Counted from the stretch's first letter, positions 9,083 to 17,812 are shown. The stretch is DNA of 34,848 bases from Gemmatimonadota bacterium (GCA_039588155.1 JBDHAI010000005.1:1-34848), one strand, 5' to 3'. The notes: generated from the letters alone by a model not told the origin. Program-made: numbers and translations.

Positions 9083-9985
9083 ATGAACATCATCGAATTC
9101 AAAGACGTGCGCCGCGCCTACGTCGAGGGACTCGACGTGCTCAAGGGCATCACCTTTCGCGTGCAGTCCGGCGAGGTCGTCGGATTGCTCGGACGCAACG
9201 GCGCGGGCAAGACCACGCTGATCCGCATCGCTATGGGGATGCTGGAGGCGCAGTCCGGCTCCGCCCGCCTGTTCGGTCTCGACCCCCGGAGCAAGCCGCT
9301 CGAGGTCAAGCAACGCGTGGGGTACGTATCCGAAGACCAGGTGCTTCCGCCCTTCATGCGGGTGCGCGAGGTGATCGCGCTGCACCGGAAACTCTTCAAT
9401 GACTGGGATGACGATACGGCGCGGCGGCTCGTCGAGCGCTTCCGCCTGCCCCTCGAGAGCCGGATCTCCCAGATGAGCAAGGGGCAGGCGCGGCAGGTGG
9501 CACTTCTCTGTGCGGTGTCGCACCGGCCGGAGCTGCTGCTGCTCGACGAGCCGGCGGGCGGCCTCGATCCGGCTGCGCGGCGCGAGTTTCTGGAGACGTC
9601 CATTCAGCTGCTCAACGAGACCGGATCGACCATTCTGTTCTCCTCGCACCACCTCAACGACGTCGAGCGCATGGCCGACCGCGTGGTGCTCATTCACGAG
9701 GGCGAGCTCCTGCTCGACAGCGACATGGACCGCATGCACGAGGGCTACTCGATTGCACTCGTCCCCTACGAGGTCAACGGCGACGGGGCCGTGCGCCGCA
9801 CGCTCGCCCGCCACGAGACCTGCATCGCCGTTCGCGAGCGCGCCGACGCTTTGCACGCGGTGTTCGCCCTCCCACCCGACGGGGCGCGCGACGTGCTGGG
9901 CGAGCAGTTCGGGATCAAGGGGGCACACTGCCGCACCGCGGCTCTCGAAGAGATGTTCATCGAGCTGGTGGAGGGACAGTCATGA
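9083..9985 (+). CDS. ABC transporter ATP-binding protein
   Basis: Starts MNIIEFKDV. Walker A GRNGAGKTTL, signature MSKGQ, Walker B LLLLDEPAGGLD, H-loop FSSHH. Its stop overlaps the next start (ATGA). Confidence 0.9.
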   Translation: MNIIEFKDVRRAYVEGLDVLKGITFRVQSGEVVGLLGRNGAGKTTLIRIAMGMLEAQSGSARLFGLDPRSKPLEVKQRVGYVSEDQVLPPFMRVREVIALHRKLFNDWDDDTARRLVERFRLPLESRISQMSKGQARQVALLCAVSHRPELLLLDEPAGGLDPAARREFLETSIQLLNETGSTILFSSHHLNDVERMADRVVLIHEGELLLDSDMDRMHEGYSIALVPYEVNGDGAVRRTLARHETCIAVRERADALHAVFALPPDGARDVLGEQFGIKGAHCRTAALEEMFIELVEGQS

Positions 9986-11796
9986 TCGCGCAACTCATCC
10001 GCCAGGATCCGGCGTTTCGCCGGCTGCCCCTCTGGGTGCTCGTGGCGATGGGCTGCACTTCGGCGGCGGTTACGGTGATTGCCTGGATCACCGCGCGACG
10101 TGGCCCGGTCGGACTGGAACTGCTGGCCGCACTCAGTTGGCTCTCCATTGCGCTCTATCTCGTTTTCGGCGATATCGGCACGCGCACGAATCGCTTCAAC
10201 CTGTCGCTACCCGTCTCCGCACGTGAGTTGTGGCTTTCGCACTTCATCGCCGTCGGACTGACAGGGATGATAATCCTGGCGATGTCGGCGGTGGTGACCA
10301 CGGGCAGCCTGATTCTGATGCGGAAGATCGTGGGCGGATGGCAGGGCGAACCCGGAGCACTCGCGGTTCTCGGCGGCCTGCTCGCTGCCGGGCTGCTCTT
10401 CGCCGTGGGTATCATTCATGCCTTCCGCCCGGACGCGCAGGAAGTGCCGCTGTCGCTGCGCCGCGCCGGCTGGTCGCTCGTCGCCGCCGCGGTACCCCTG
10501 GGGCTTGCCCTCGTGCTGCGACCGCTCGGCGCCCTCGGTGTGGCGATCGTGCTCGGGCTGGCCGCGGCCACATTCCTCCACGTGTTCCGCGCGATACCCG
10601 AGGCCCTGTCGGTGCCAACGGAAGCACAGCGTGCGTCCGCCGCTGCCCCGTCCGATGCGACTGGACCGGCGTCGTGGGCGACAACGCAGCGGCCGACCGG
10701 CCTGTGGTTTGCCCTGCGGGTCGTGCACGGGGTGACGACGTGCGCAAAGAAACCGGTAGCGATATGGATCGTCACCCCGTTCTTGCTATTCCTGGGCTTC
10801 TGGGAGTCGGGAATCGACGCCCGCTGGATTTCGAGCACGCAGCGGTTCGCGTATCCCTTCATGATCGTGTATGTGGTGATGGTCGTCACCACCCTGTCGC
10901 TCGCCAGACTCGGCGCGATCGACTGGCTGCCGTGGTGCCGCCGGCGCACGCTCGCGCTACTCGTGATGCCGCTGCTCCTCTGCGTGGCCGCCGGTTACGG
11001 CGTCGGTCGCATCACCGACACCGTTCTCGGCGAGCGTGCTGACGGGCGGGAGCTTTTGTGCTTCGTGGAAGATCGCGAATCCGGGGAGCCCCGCCTGTGC
11101 GTGCTGTGGAGCGCCTGCGAGATTTCGTGGAGCGGCAAGCCGTCCGATCTCACCGCTCCCTGGGGCGAAGCACACGAACCGTGGAGCGAACCGGTCGTCA
11201 GGGGACTGCCGGTCCGAGTGTATTTTCCGTACGAGGTTCCCCCGGGGAGTTCGGTGGACTTCGCCGCCCTCCAGATCAGTCGTGCCGCCGGCGCCTTGTT
11301 CGGCGCCGACATCCCCCCCGACGAGATCCGCTCGCGTTACCTAGAAGCGGACGTAGACGGGTCGACGCTACCAGGGACGCCAGCACTCACGCTGCAGGCC
11401 GACTACCCCGAGCTGCGCCGGGTTGGGCGCGGCGTGTACTTTCCGTGGATCATGGCGATGATAGTGGTCTTGTGGTCACTGCTCACGGCGGGGTACATCC
11501 ACTGGCTGCGGGCCGGTGTCTCCGAGAGAAAGCGCAAGATCGTCGGCGGGCTTTTCGTTGCCGTGCCGATGCTCCTCTGGGTCCTCGACTTTGTGCTTAC
11601 GGTGACGGAGGTGTCCGAGATTCCCATCCGCAATGCCTTCATCTTCAACTTGTCGCGCAGTGCCGGTGAGACCCCGGCCGGGGTGGCGGTGGTGTGGGTG
11701 GGGAGTGCGCTCGTCGGCTGGGCGGCGTACCGACTGGTCGAGCGGCGCTTCGAGCGCGCCGAGTTGAGCATGAAACCAATCGGCAGACAACCGTAG
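9982..11796 (+). CDS. Large polytopic membrane protein, putative permease partner of the ABC ATPase (family not recognised)
   Basis: 604 aa, translationally coupled to the ATPase through an ATGA overlap. It has many hydrophobic helices in two blocks separated by a ~110-aa soluble segment (ERADGRELLCFVEDRESGEPRLCVLWSACEISW...). Confidence 0.65.
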   Translation: MIAQLIRQDPAFRRLPLWVLVAMGCTSAAVTVIAWITARRGPVGLELLAALSWLSIALYLVFGDIGTRTNRFNLSLPVSARELWLSHFIAVGLTGMIILAMSAVVTTGSLILMRKIVGGWQGEPGALAVLGGLLAAGLLFAVGIIHAFRPDAQEVPLSLRRAGWSLVAAAVPLGLALVLRPLGALGVAIVLGLAAATFLHVFRAIPEALSVPTEAQRASAAAPSDATGPASWATTQRPTGLWFALRVVHGVTTCAKKPVAIWIVTPFLLFLGFWESGIDARWISSTQRFAYPFMIVYVVMVVTTLSLARLGAIDWLPWCRRRTLALLVMPLLLCVAAGYGVGRITDTVLGERADGRELLCFVEDRESGEPRLCVLWSACEISWSGKPSDLTAPWGEAHEPWSEPVVRGLPVRVYFPYEVPPGSSVDFAALQISRAAGALFGADIPPDEIRSRYLEADVDGSTLPGTPALTLQADYPELRRVGRGVYFPWIMAMIVVLWSLLTAGYIHWLRAGVSERKRKIVGGLFVAVPMLLWVLDFVLTVTEVSEIPIRNAFIFNLSRSAGETPAGVAVVWVGSALVGWAAYRLVERRFERAELSMKPIGRQP

Positions 11797-11835
11797 ATAA
11801 GGCTCTAGTCAGCCGCGGCGACATCCACCGCGCCA

Positions 11836-11871
11836 TGCGGTCTCAGTCCGATTCGATCGGGATGTTCATCA
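11836..11871 (+). repeat. 36-nt direct repeat, copy B (3' end of the cNMP-binding gene)
   Basis: See copy A at 6508..6543. On the minus strand it encodes ...MNIPIESD plus the stop. Confidence 0.9.
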
Positions 11872-12307
11872 CGATCGCCTGCAGTTTCCTCATCGTCTCG
11901 ATGTAGCGATTGAAGTAGATCTGAGAGATTCGGCTCTGCAGGTTGTATCCCATCATCAGGTCCTGGTCCATCAGGTTTCTCAGGACGGCGGCGTCGGTCT
12001 TGAGCAGCTCCGTGTATTTGGTGCATTGCGCGGTCAACGCGTAAGAGCCCCGCTCGAGACTCACGCACGACCCGAACATCGCCCCTTTGCCAAGCTGGTC
12101 GATGGAAATACTGACGCCGCCTTTCCCAGGCATGCGCAAAGCGACCTCGCCCTCGAGTACGGTGTAGAAATGGCTCGCCTTGTCGCCTTTGTGGTACACC
12201 GTGTCTCCGGCGTCGAACTTGACCTTGTCGGAAGACTCGCTGAGCGTATGGACCTGCTCCGGGCGTAGGGTCTCGAACACCTCTTGAGTGGTGAGACGAT
12301 CCTCCAT
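11843..12307 (-). CDS. Stand-alone cyclic nucleotide-binding (cNMP/Crp-type effector) domain protein
   Basis: Motifs FDAGDTVYHKGDKASHFYTVLEGEVALRM...GKGAMFG fit the cNMP-binding beta-roll. No HTH or other output domain is present. AAGGAGG abuts the first ATG (12313), so the second ATG at 12307 (6-nt spacer) is preferred. Confidence 0.8.
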   Translation of the reverse strand: MEDRLTTQEVFETLRPEQVHTLSESSDKVKFDAGDTVYHKGDKASHFYTVLEGEVALRMPGKGGVSISIDQLGKGAMFGSCVSLERGSYALTAQCTKYTELLKTDAAVLRNLMDQDLMMGYNLQSRISQIYFNRYIETMRKLQAIVMNIPIESD

Positions 12308-12498
12308 GATCATCCTCCTTGATCATTCGGGGGCGCCTTCCGGCATGCTCGGCGTCCCCTGTCATTCAATAGCTTAGCACCGTCGAGAACCAACAACAAC
12401 CCCGGGACTCATCCCAGGTTCAGGCGCGAGAAGACGCGCAAGATGGTGACGATGAAATGATATCGAGTTAACAGCCGCCAGTCGACCCCATTTACGTC

Positions 12499-14352
12499 CT
12501 ACACGTGTTCGACGTTCGTGTACCGCGCCACGTCGTCACTAAGCGTCAGGATGTCGGTTTGATCCAGCTTGTGCACGTCGTCCCGGCCGTTAGTTCGTGC
12601 GAAATGCTTCAACTCCTCCAACGTGCCATTGAAGAAGTTCACGAAGCGGTCCACGGCCCGGTCAATATCGAACAGTCGCCGCAGCCCTGGGTCCTGCGTG
12701 GCGATACCGACCGGGCAGAGACCGGTGTGGCACACACGCGCCTGCCGGCAACCCACCGCGACCATCGATGCCGTGGCCAGGGCCACCGCATCGGCACCCA
12801 AGGCCAAGGCCTTGGCTATGTCTGCGCTGTCACGGAAGCCACCTGTCACACAGAGCGTCGCATTGCTTTCGGCCGCGTCCAGCGCTTTGCGCGCGCGGTG
12901 GATGGCGTAGATTGGTGGAATGCAGACGTTGTCTTTGAGAAAGGTCGGTGCCGCGCCCGTTGCGCCTCCCCGACAGTCGATCGTGATAAAGTCCGGCTTC
13001 GCCTCGAGCGCGAAGGCGATATCCGCCTCGACATGGCCGGCGGCAAACTTGATCCCCACAGGTTTGCCGCCGGTCAGGGCTCGCAGATGGTCCACCTCCC
13101 GTTTTAAGTCGTCGATGCTCGAAATGTCCGCATGACGGCCGGGAGAAACGGAGTCTTCTCCCATCTGGATACCACGAATCTGCGCGATCTCCGCGGTGAT
13201 CTTCTCCTTTGGCAGGTGGCCACCCATCCCCGGTTTGGCCGCTTGCCCGATCTTGATCTCGGTTGCATCAGCCTGCCGGATTACGTCGTCGTTGTGCGAG
13301 AAGCATGCCGTGCCCAGTTCGTAGACGTACCGAGCTGCTTCCTTCCGTTCCTCGGGCAACATGCCACCCTCGCCCGAGCACATCATCGTGCCCACGAGCC
13401 GGGAGCCGCGCGCCATGGCGATCTTGGCTTCACGGGCCAGGGCACCGAAAGACATGTGGGACACATAGAACGGAATTTCGATTTCCAGCGGATGGTCCGC
13501 CGTCCTTCCGATCACCGTCTTTGTCATGACGTCCTCGTCCTCGTTCAGCGGCATGCGTGCAAGCTGGGCACCCTTGAAGACGATAGAATCCCAATCCGCG
13601 AAGAGCCTGCGCGTACCCATCGAAGAGATGTTGCTCTTGCCGGTCCCCGCCAACATCTCTACGCGGCCCAGCTTCGGCGGCAGGACGTGCGGCCGTCGCA
13701 CCGCCGCCCGACGACCCTCGCCGTCGTCCCGGAAGTGGACGTACCAGTGGCTGCCGTCACAGAAGGGCTTGTTCTTCGATTCGCCGCAACGGCACAGCGT
13801 GTAGTGCTCAGGTGACGCAGGCGCCTCGTCCGTGCGCGTCTCCAGCTTCGGCCCTCCGACGATCATGTATGGACCGTTCTCCACGAGACGGACTCCAGGG
13901 TTCCGATCCTGGGCGTTGTGGAGAACGCCATCTATCGAGTAGCTCAGCGCCCCAGACGGACACCTCTGTATGATCTCGATGATTCTCTCCGGCACGGCGC
14001 CATCCGAATCGATCCACGGCTCCGTCCCCATCCGCCACACCTTTGGCAGGCCGTCGGTGCAAAAACCGGCGTGCGAGCAAACACCGCGGTTGTCATGGAT
14101 GACGATCTTCTGGCCCCCGTACGTGTCCACCCGATCCGGCTGGCGGCCGGGCTTCTTATCGCCCCTCCACCCAATCTTGCCGTGCGTGCCGTCGCAGTAC
14201 GGCTTCTCCTCGGAGCGTCCGCACCGACAGAGTGCCATCACGGGACGTGTCGTGATGGGCTTGCCGGACGGAGCCGTCATGTTGTCCAGCCCGCTCACGA
14301 CGAGCGGGCCGTTCGGGACCACGTCGATCGTGAAAGCATCCTTGTCGCGCAT
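12499..14352 (-). CDS. Fusion protein: two CDGSH iron-sulfur domains plus a ferredoxin-like mono-cluster segment plus a glutamate synthase (GltB domain 2)-related FMN oxidoreductase
   Basis: Two CDGSH motifs: CRCGRSEEKPYCDGTH and CRCGESKNKPFCDGSH. Between them lies a Cys-rich segment (GVCSHAGFCTDG...QRCPSGAL). The C-terminal ~400 aa carry glutamate-synthase-related motifs: MSFGALAREAKIAMARGS, CSGEGG, KIGQAAKPGMGGHLP, ITIDCRGGATGAAP. Confidence 0.8.
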   Translation of the reverse strand: MRDKDAFTIDVVPNGPLVVSGLDNMTAPSGKPITTRPVMALCRCGRSEEKPYCDGTHGKIGWRGDKKPGRQPDRVDTYGGQKIVIHDNRGVCSHAGFCTDGLPKVWRMGTEPWIDSDGAVPERIIEIIQRCPSGALSYSIDGVLHNAQDRNPGVRLVENGPYMIVGGPKLETRTDEAPASPEHYTLCRCGESKNKPFCDGSHWYVHFRDDGEGRRAAVRRPHVLPPKLGRVEMLAGTGKSNISSMGTRRLFADWDSIVFKGAQLARMPLNEDEDVMTKTVIGRTADHPLEIEIPFYVSHMSFGALAREAKIAMARGSRLVGTMMCSGEGGMLPEERKEAARYVYELGTACFSHNDDVIRQADATEIKIGQAAKPGMGGHLPKEKITAEIAQIRGIQMGEDSVSPGRHADISSIDDLKREVDHLRALTGGKPVGIKFAAGHVEADIAFALEAKPDFITIDCRGGATGAAPTFLKDNVCIPPIYAIHRARKALDAAESNATLCVTGGFRDSADIAKALALGADAVALATASMVAVGCRQARVCHTGLCPVGIATQDPGLRRLFDIDRAVDRFVNFFNGTLEELKHFARTNGRDDVHKLDQTDILTLSDDVARYTNVEHV

Positions 14353-14373
14353 CGATCTACTCCCTTCAGCTCC

Positions 14374-15702
14374 TCAGCCGTGCGTCGGCCGCTTGCCCGC
14401 ACGGATCTCATCGACGTAGCGGCCGATGTTCGACACCCCGGCCAGCATGATCTCAAAGTGCTTCTGCGCGAATCTCATCTCATCCGACTCGTCCTTCGGT
14501 GGATCGTCCCGCCAAGCTGACAGCGCCTTCTCTCCGTCGTAGTCCACGAAGCTGCATCTCACCGAGTAGTCGTCCGCAGGCAGGAGCAGGGCATCGCCGG
14601 GCAGGAGCGCCGTATGCTCGACCTCGAGCAGGTTCTCGCAGAAATGTGCGCACGACGACAGGTCGAGCTGCTTGAACTGCTCTGCCTGCGCGTTGAAGTC
14701 GGCGTAAAGATAGAACGCGCCGCGCGGCGTCGTGCTCTTGACTCCGTCGAGTGCCGCGAGTTTGCTCGAGATCAGTCGACCGGCTAGCGTGTTGACAGCA
14801 CGGCAGTCGCGGACATATGCGTCTACGCTGGAACCGCCCGAGTACGCGGCGAGAGCCGCATACTGGACGGGTGCTGCGACACAAGAATAGGTGGACCCGG
14901 CGACCTTCAGCACGCTTTCCAGCAGTTCCGATGGCTCCTTGGGGAAGATCCCGACGCCAAATCGGTAACCGCCGCTGGAACGATCTTTCGACAATCCACC
15001 GGTCACGATGGTCCCCTCGGGATACACCTTCATCATGCTTGTGAATGAGTCAAAGTCGAACGCGGTGAGAGCGTAGATTTCGTCCGCGATCACAACGATG
15101 TTCTCACGCCTGCACACGTCGGCGAGTTCCCCCAGCTCGTCCTCGGTGTACACGGCACCCGTCGGATTATGGGGGTGGTTGAGGACCAAGATCTTCTGTG
15201 ATGAGCCCAGTTGCTGAATCCCGCGGATCAGGACGTCGGGTGCCAGCTTGTAGCCGTCCTCCTCGCGCGTTCGCAGGCCGATGACTTGCCTCTTCAGGAT
15301 CCTGGCCTGGGGAAGATAGCTCACCCACGAAGGTGTGGGAACGATGACGGGGCCGGCGACGGCGGTCATAATGGCGGCGATCATCTCCTTGCTGCCGGGA
15401 CTGCAAACGACCTGCTCGCCCGAACACGCGACCCGGAAATGTCTAACGTGATAGGCGGCGATGGCCTCGCGCAGTTCGGGTAGGCCGGCAGTGGGCAGGT
15501 AGGAGTGCTTCTTCGCGTTTTGAGCAAGCGCTTCGACCACGTCGGGTGGCGGGGGAAACGGCGACTGCCCGAAGGCAAAATGGTGGTAGGGCGCATCGCA
15601 TCCCTCTGCCTCACACCGTGCCCGGTACTCGCTGATCTGGTCGTTGATACGCAGGTTCGCGGGCAATGAGACAGCCTGCAGATGGGGCTCGACACGGATC
15701 AA
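14374..15702 (-). CDS. Class I/II pyridoxal-phosphate-dependent aminotransferase
   Basis: 442 aa with an in-frame TTG start 3 nt after the anti-sigma stop. Motifs LNHPHNPTG and the PLP-lysine region GGLSKDRSSGGYRFG. Confidence 0.8.
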   Translation of the reverse strand: MIRVEPHLQAVSLPANLRINDQISEYRARCEAEGCDAPYHHFAFGQSPFPPPPDVVEALAQNAKKHSYLPTAGLPELREAIAAYHVRHFRVACSGEQVVCSPGSKEMIAAIMTAVAGPVIVPTPSWVSYLPQARILKRQVIGLRTREEDGYKLAPDVLIRGIQQLGSSQKILVLNHPHNPTGAVYTEDELGELADVCRRENIVVIADEIYALTAFDFDSFTSMMKVYPEGTIVTGGLSKDRSSGGYRFGVGIFPKEPSELLESVLKVAGSTYSCVAAPVQYAALAAYSGGSSVDAYVRDCRAVNTLAGRLISSKLAALDGVKSTTPRGAFYLYADFNAQAEQFKQLDLSSCAHFCENLLEVEHTALLPGDALLLPADDYSVRCSFVDYDGEKALSAWRDDPPKDESDEMRFAQKHFEIMLAGVSNIGRYVDEIRAGKRPTHG

Positions 15703-15705
15703 TGT

Positions 15706-15960
15706 TCATTCTCCCCGACCGTCCGGCTGTTTGCCGAGAATGGTCCTCTCGAGACGCCGGAGCACGTCGGGATCCCCTGTCTTTCCACGTGGGCCGAAGA
15801 TCCTGCTGGCGGCGACGCCAATCGCCCGAAGCTGCGCCGCGTAGCGGCGGCAATGCCGGCACATCATCAGGTGGAAGCGAACCGCCAACCGCCTCGTCCA
15901 CGCGGCTTCTTCCAGGCCGTCCGAGGCGAGAATGCCGGCAACTTCCTTACAGTCTAGCAT
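15706..15960 (-). CDS. Anti-sigma factor, zf-HC2 type
   Basis: MLDCKEVAGILASD...HLMMCRHCRRYAAQL follows the H-x3-C-x2-C zinc-finger anti-sigma pattern. The preferred ATG at 15960 overlaps the end of the sigma gene by 14 nt. Confidence 0.7.
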   Translation of the reverse strand: MLDCKEVAGILASDGLEEAAWTRRLAVRFHLMMCRHCRRYAAQLRAIGVAASRIFGPRGKTGDPDVLRRLERTILGKQPDGRGE

Positions 15961-16636
15961 CGCGACTCCCTCTGATTCCTCTGGCTTCCAGGCACTCCCG
16001 CAGCCGGTTCCGGCAGCGGTGTAGCATCGCCCCAAGGTTCGTGCGGGTTACGTCGAGAATGTTACATATTTCCTGGGAAGAAAATCCTTCGGCCTCGCGC
16101 AGGACGAAGGCGAGCCGCTGCCGCATGGGGACGGTGTCGAGGCACTCACGGAGCCACTCGCGGATCTCGCCGTGATACACGTCGGTGTCCACGGCGCGGG
16201 GCGGCCGGAGCCAGCTACCGTCGGAACTGAACCGCTGTTCGACGATTTCATCGATGTCATCATGCTGCTGGCTACGACTCGCCTCACGTCGGAACTCGAG
16301 CACTTTCTTGTAGAAAATCCCGAAAAGCCACGTGCGGACGTGGGCGCGGCCGTGGAAGCTGGGGGCCTTTTCAATGAATGTGGCAAACGTCTCCTGGGTG
16401 ACGTCCTCGGCTTGTGTCTCGTCTAGTCCCGCGCCGCGAGCAGCGCGGAGGATGTGGGAAAGATATGCCTTCACCACAACCTCGATCGCGGCCCGGTCGC
16501 CCGCTCGAATCCGCTCCGCGAGGCCGGGGTCGTCGATGGACAGGGGACTCCTGCGCGACGATTCCCTAGTGATATCCGGCACCTCCTGATTTACAGGACC
16601 AAGCCTGTAACAAAAAGACACCCTCGCCGCACACAC
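15947..16636 (-). CDS. ECF-type RNA polymerase sigma-70 family factor
   Basis: Region 2-like DVTQETFATFIEK...RTWLFGIFYKKVLEFRR and region 4-like PMRQRLAFVLREAEGFSSQEICNILDVTRTNLGAMLHRCRNRLRECL. The track start is GTG; the true start is uncertain. Confidence 0.8.
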   Translation of the reverse strand: MCAARVSFCYRLGPVNQEVPDITRESSRRSPLSIDDPGLAERIRAGDRAAIEVVVKAYLSHILRAARGAGLDETQAEDVTQETFATFIEKAPSFHGRAHVRTWLFGIFYKKVLEFRREASRSQQHDDIDEIVEQRFSSDGSWLRPPRAVDTDVYHGEIREWLRECLDTVPMRQRLAFVLREAEGFSSQEICNILDVTRTNLGAMLHRCRNRLRECLEARGIRGSRDARL

Positions 16637-16691
16637 TTCCTGAACGCGAAGAAGCGACTCGTAATCATAGTCAGGGAAAGGAGATCCGACA

Positions 16692-17183
16692 ATGAATACA
16701 AGACGAATCCTCCACGGGGCCTACGGCGGCCTGGCCGGTGGTCTGATCTTCGGCGCGATGATGGCCAAGATGGGCACGCTGCCGATGATCGGCAAGATGA
16801 TCGGGCAGCCGAGCGCTGCGGCCGGCTTTCTCCTGCACATGGTCAACAGTGCAGTCATCGGCGCCGGCTTTGCCATCGTCGTGAACCTCATCAAAGCCAA
16901 CCACAGCGCATGGGTCCGCAGCCGGACAGCCGCGCTGGTTCACGGGCTCGCCTACGGTGGCTTGTGGTGGGTGCTGGGACCGCTGACGCTGATGCCGCTG
17001 TTCCTGGGCATGGGACTCGGCGTCAACTGGAACCTTACGGCCGCGGGGGCCATGCTGCCCAGCTTGGTAGGACACCTGGTCTACGGTGCGGTCCTCGGCC
17101 TCACCTACGGCACTTTGCAGAGTCGCGTCGCCGTGACCCGAGCGGCCGTATCGCTCAAAGCGTCCGCGGCGGGAGGCAAGTAG
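16692..17183 (+). CDS. Small integral membrane protein (about 4 TM, internally repeated), unknown function
   Basis: 163 aa with GGAAAGGAG upstream. Gly-rich helices appear in two similar halves (YGGLAGGLIFGAMM... and YGGLWWVLGPLTLM...). Confidence 0.6.
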   Translation: MNTRRILHGAYGGLAGGLIFGAMMAKMGTLPMIGKMIGQPSAAAGFLLHMVNSAVIGAGFAIVVNLIKANHSAWVRSRTAALVHGLAYGGLWWVLGPLTLMPLFLGMGLGVNWNLTAAGAMLPSLVGHLVYGAVLGLTYGTLQSRVAVTRAAVSLKASAAGGK

Positions 17184-17304
17184 GGCCTGCCGCCCCGGGA
17201 GCGTCTGGCGCCCGGTTGGCGAGCAAGAATCTGTGTAATCGTGCGTGATCTCGCTGCACTAACTCGGCGGCGGGGGTAAGGAACTGTCTCGTTTAGGAGG
17301 AATC

Positions 17305-17733
17305 ATGAAACGCAGCATAGTGAGTCTCAGCATGCTTCTGGTCGCTCTCGTGGTCGGCGTGGGTTTTGCCGAGAAGGCGGCGGAAACCCCCGCCCTGGAC
17401 GGCTACTGCCCGGTCGCGTACGTTGCGATGAACCAGGCGGTCAAGGGTGATCCGGAGATTTCCCTGGACTACGCCGGCAAGCACTTCGTGTTCGTGAACG
17501 CGGACGCGAAGAAGATGTTCGAGGCGGATCCCGCGAAGTACCACGTCGCCTACGACGGCTACTGCGCGACCGCCATGTCCATGAGTAAGACGCTGGCAAG
17601 CGATCCGACCCTCTTTACGCTCGAGCAGGGCGTGACCTACCTGTTCTCGAGTACCGAGGCCAAGGAGATGTTCGACGCCGCGCCGGCGGGTTTCATCGAA
17701 AAGGCCGACACACAGTGGGCGTCGCTCGACTAA
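17305..17733 (+). CDS. Secreted tandem YHS-domain protein (Cys form)
   Basis: AGGAGG upstream and a signal peptide. Two YHS-like repeats: LDGYCPVAYV...YAGKHFVFVNADAKKMFEADPAKY and YDGYCATAMS...GVTYLFSSTEAKEMFDAAPAGF. Confidence 0.7.
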   Translation: MKRSIVSLSMLLVALVVGVGFAEKAAETPALDGYCPVAYVAMNQAVKGDPEISLDYAGKHFVFVNADAKKMFEADPAKYHVAYDGYCATAMSMSKTLASDPTLFTLEQGVTYLFSSTEAKEMFDAAPAGFIEKADTQWASLD

Positions 17734-17739
17734 CCAAGG

Positions 17740-17776
17740 GGTCGGAGGCGCCTCGCTTGCCGGGGCGCCTCCGACC
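17740..17776 (+). other. Perfect 13-bp GC-rich stem-loop between the YHS and DUF3179 genes
   Basis: GGTCGGAGGCGCC-tcgcttgccgg-GGCGCCTCCGACC. No U-tract follows, so it is not a canonical intrinsic terminator. Confidence 0.7.
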
Positions 17777-17812
17777 ACCGATATGCGCCGCGGTCCCTGA
17801 GGGGGGAGTGGT

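Noticed and set aside
6856-9928. 316-aa (6856..7806) and 338-aa (8912..9928) minus-strand ORFs
   Set aside because: They lie antisense to the S41 peptidase and the ABC ATPase, and their composition is typical of shadow frames.
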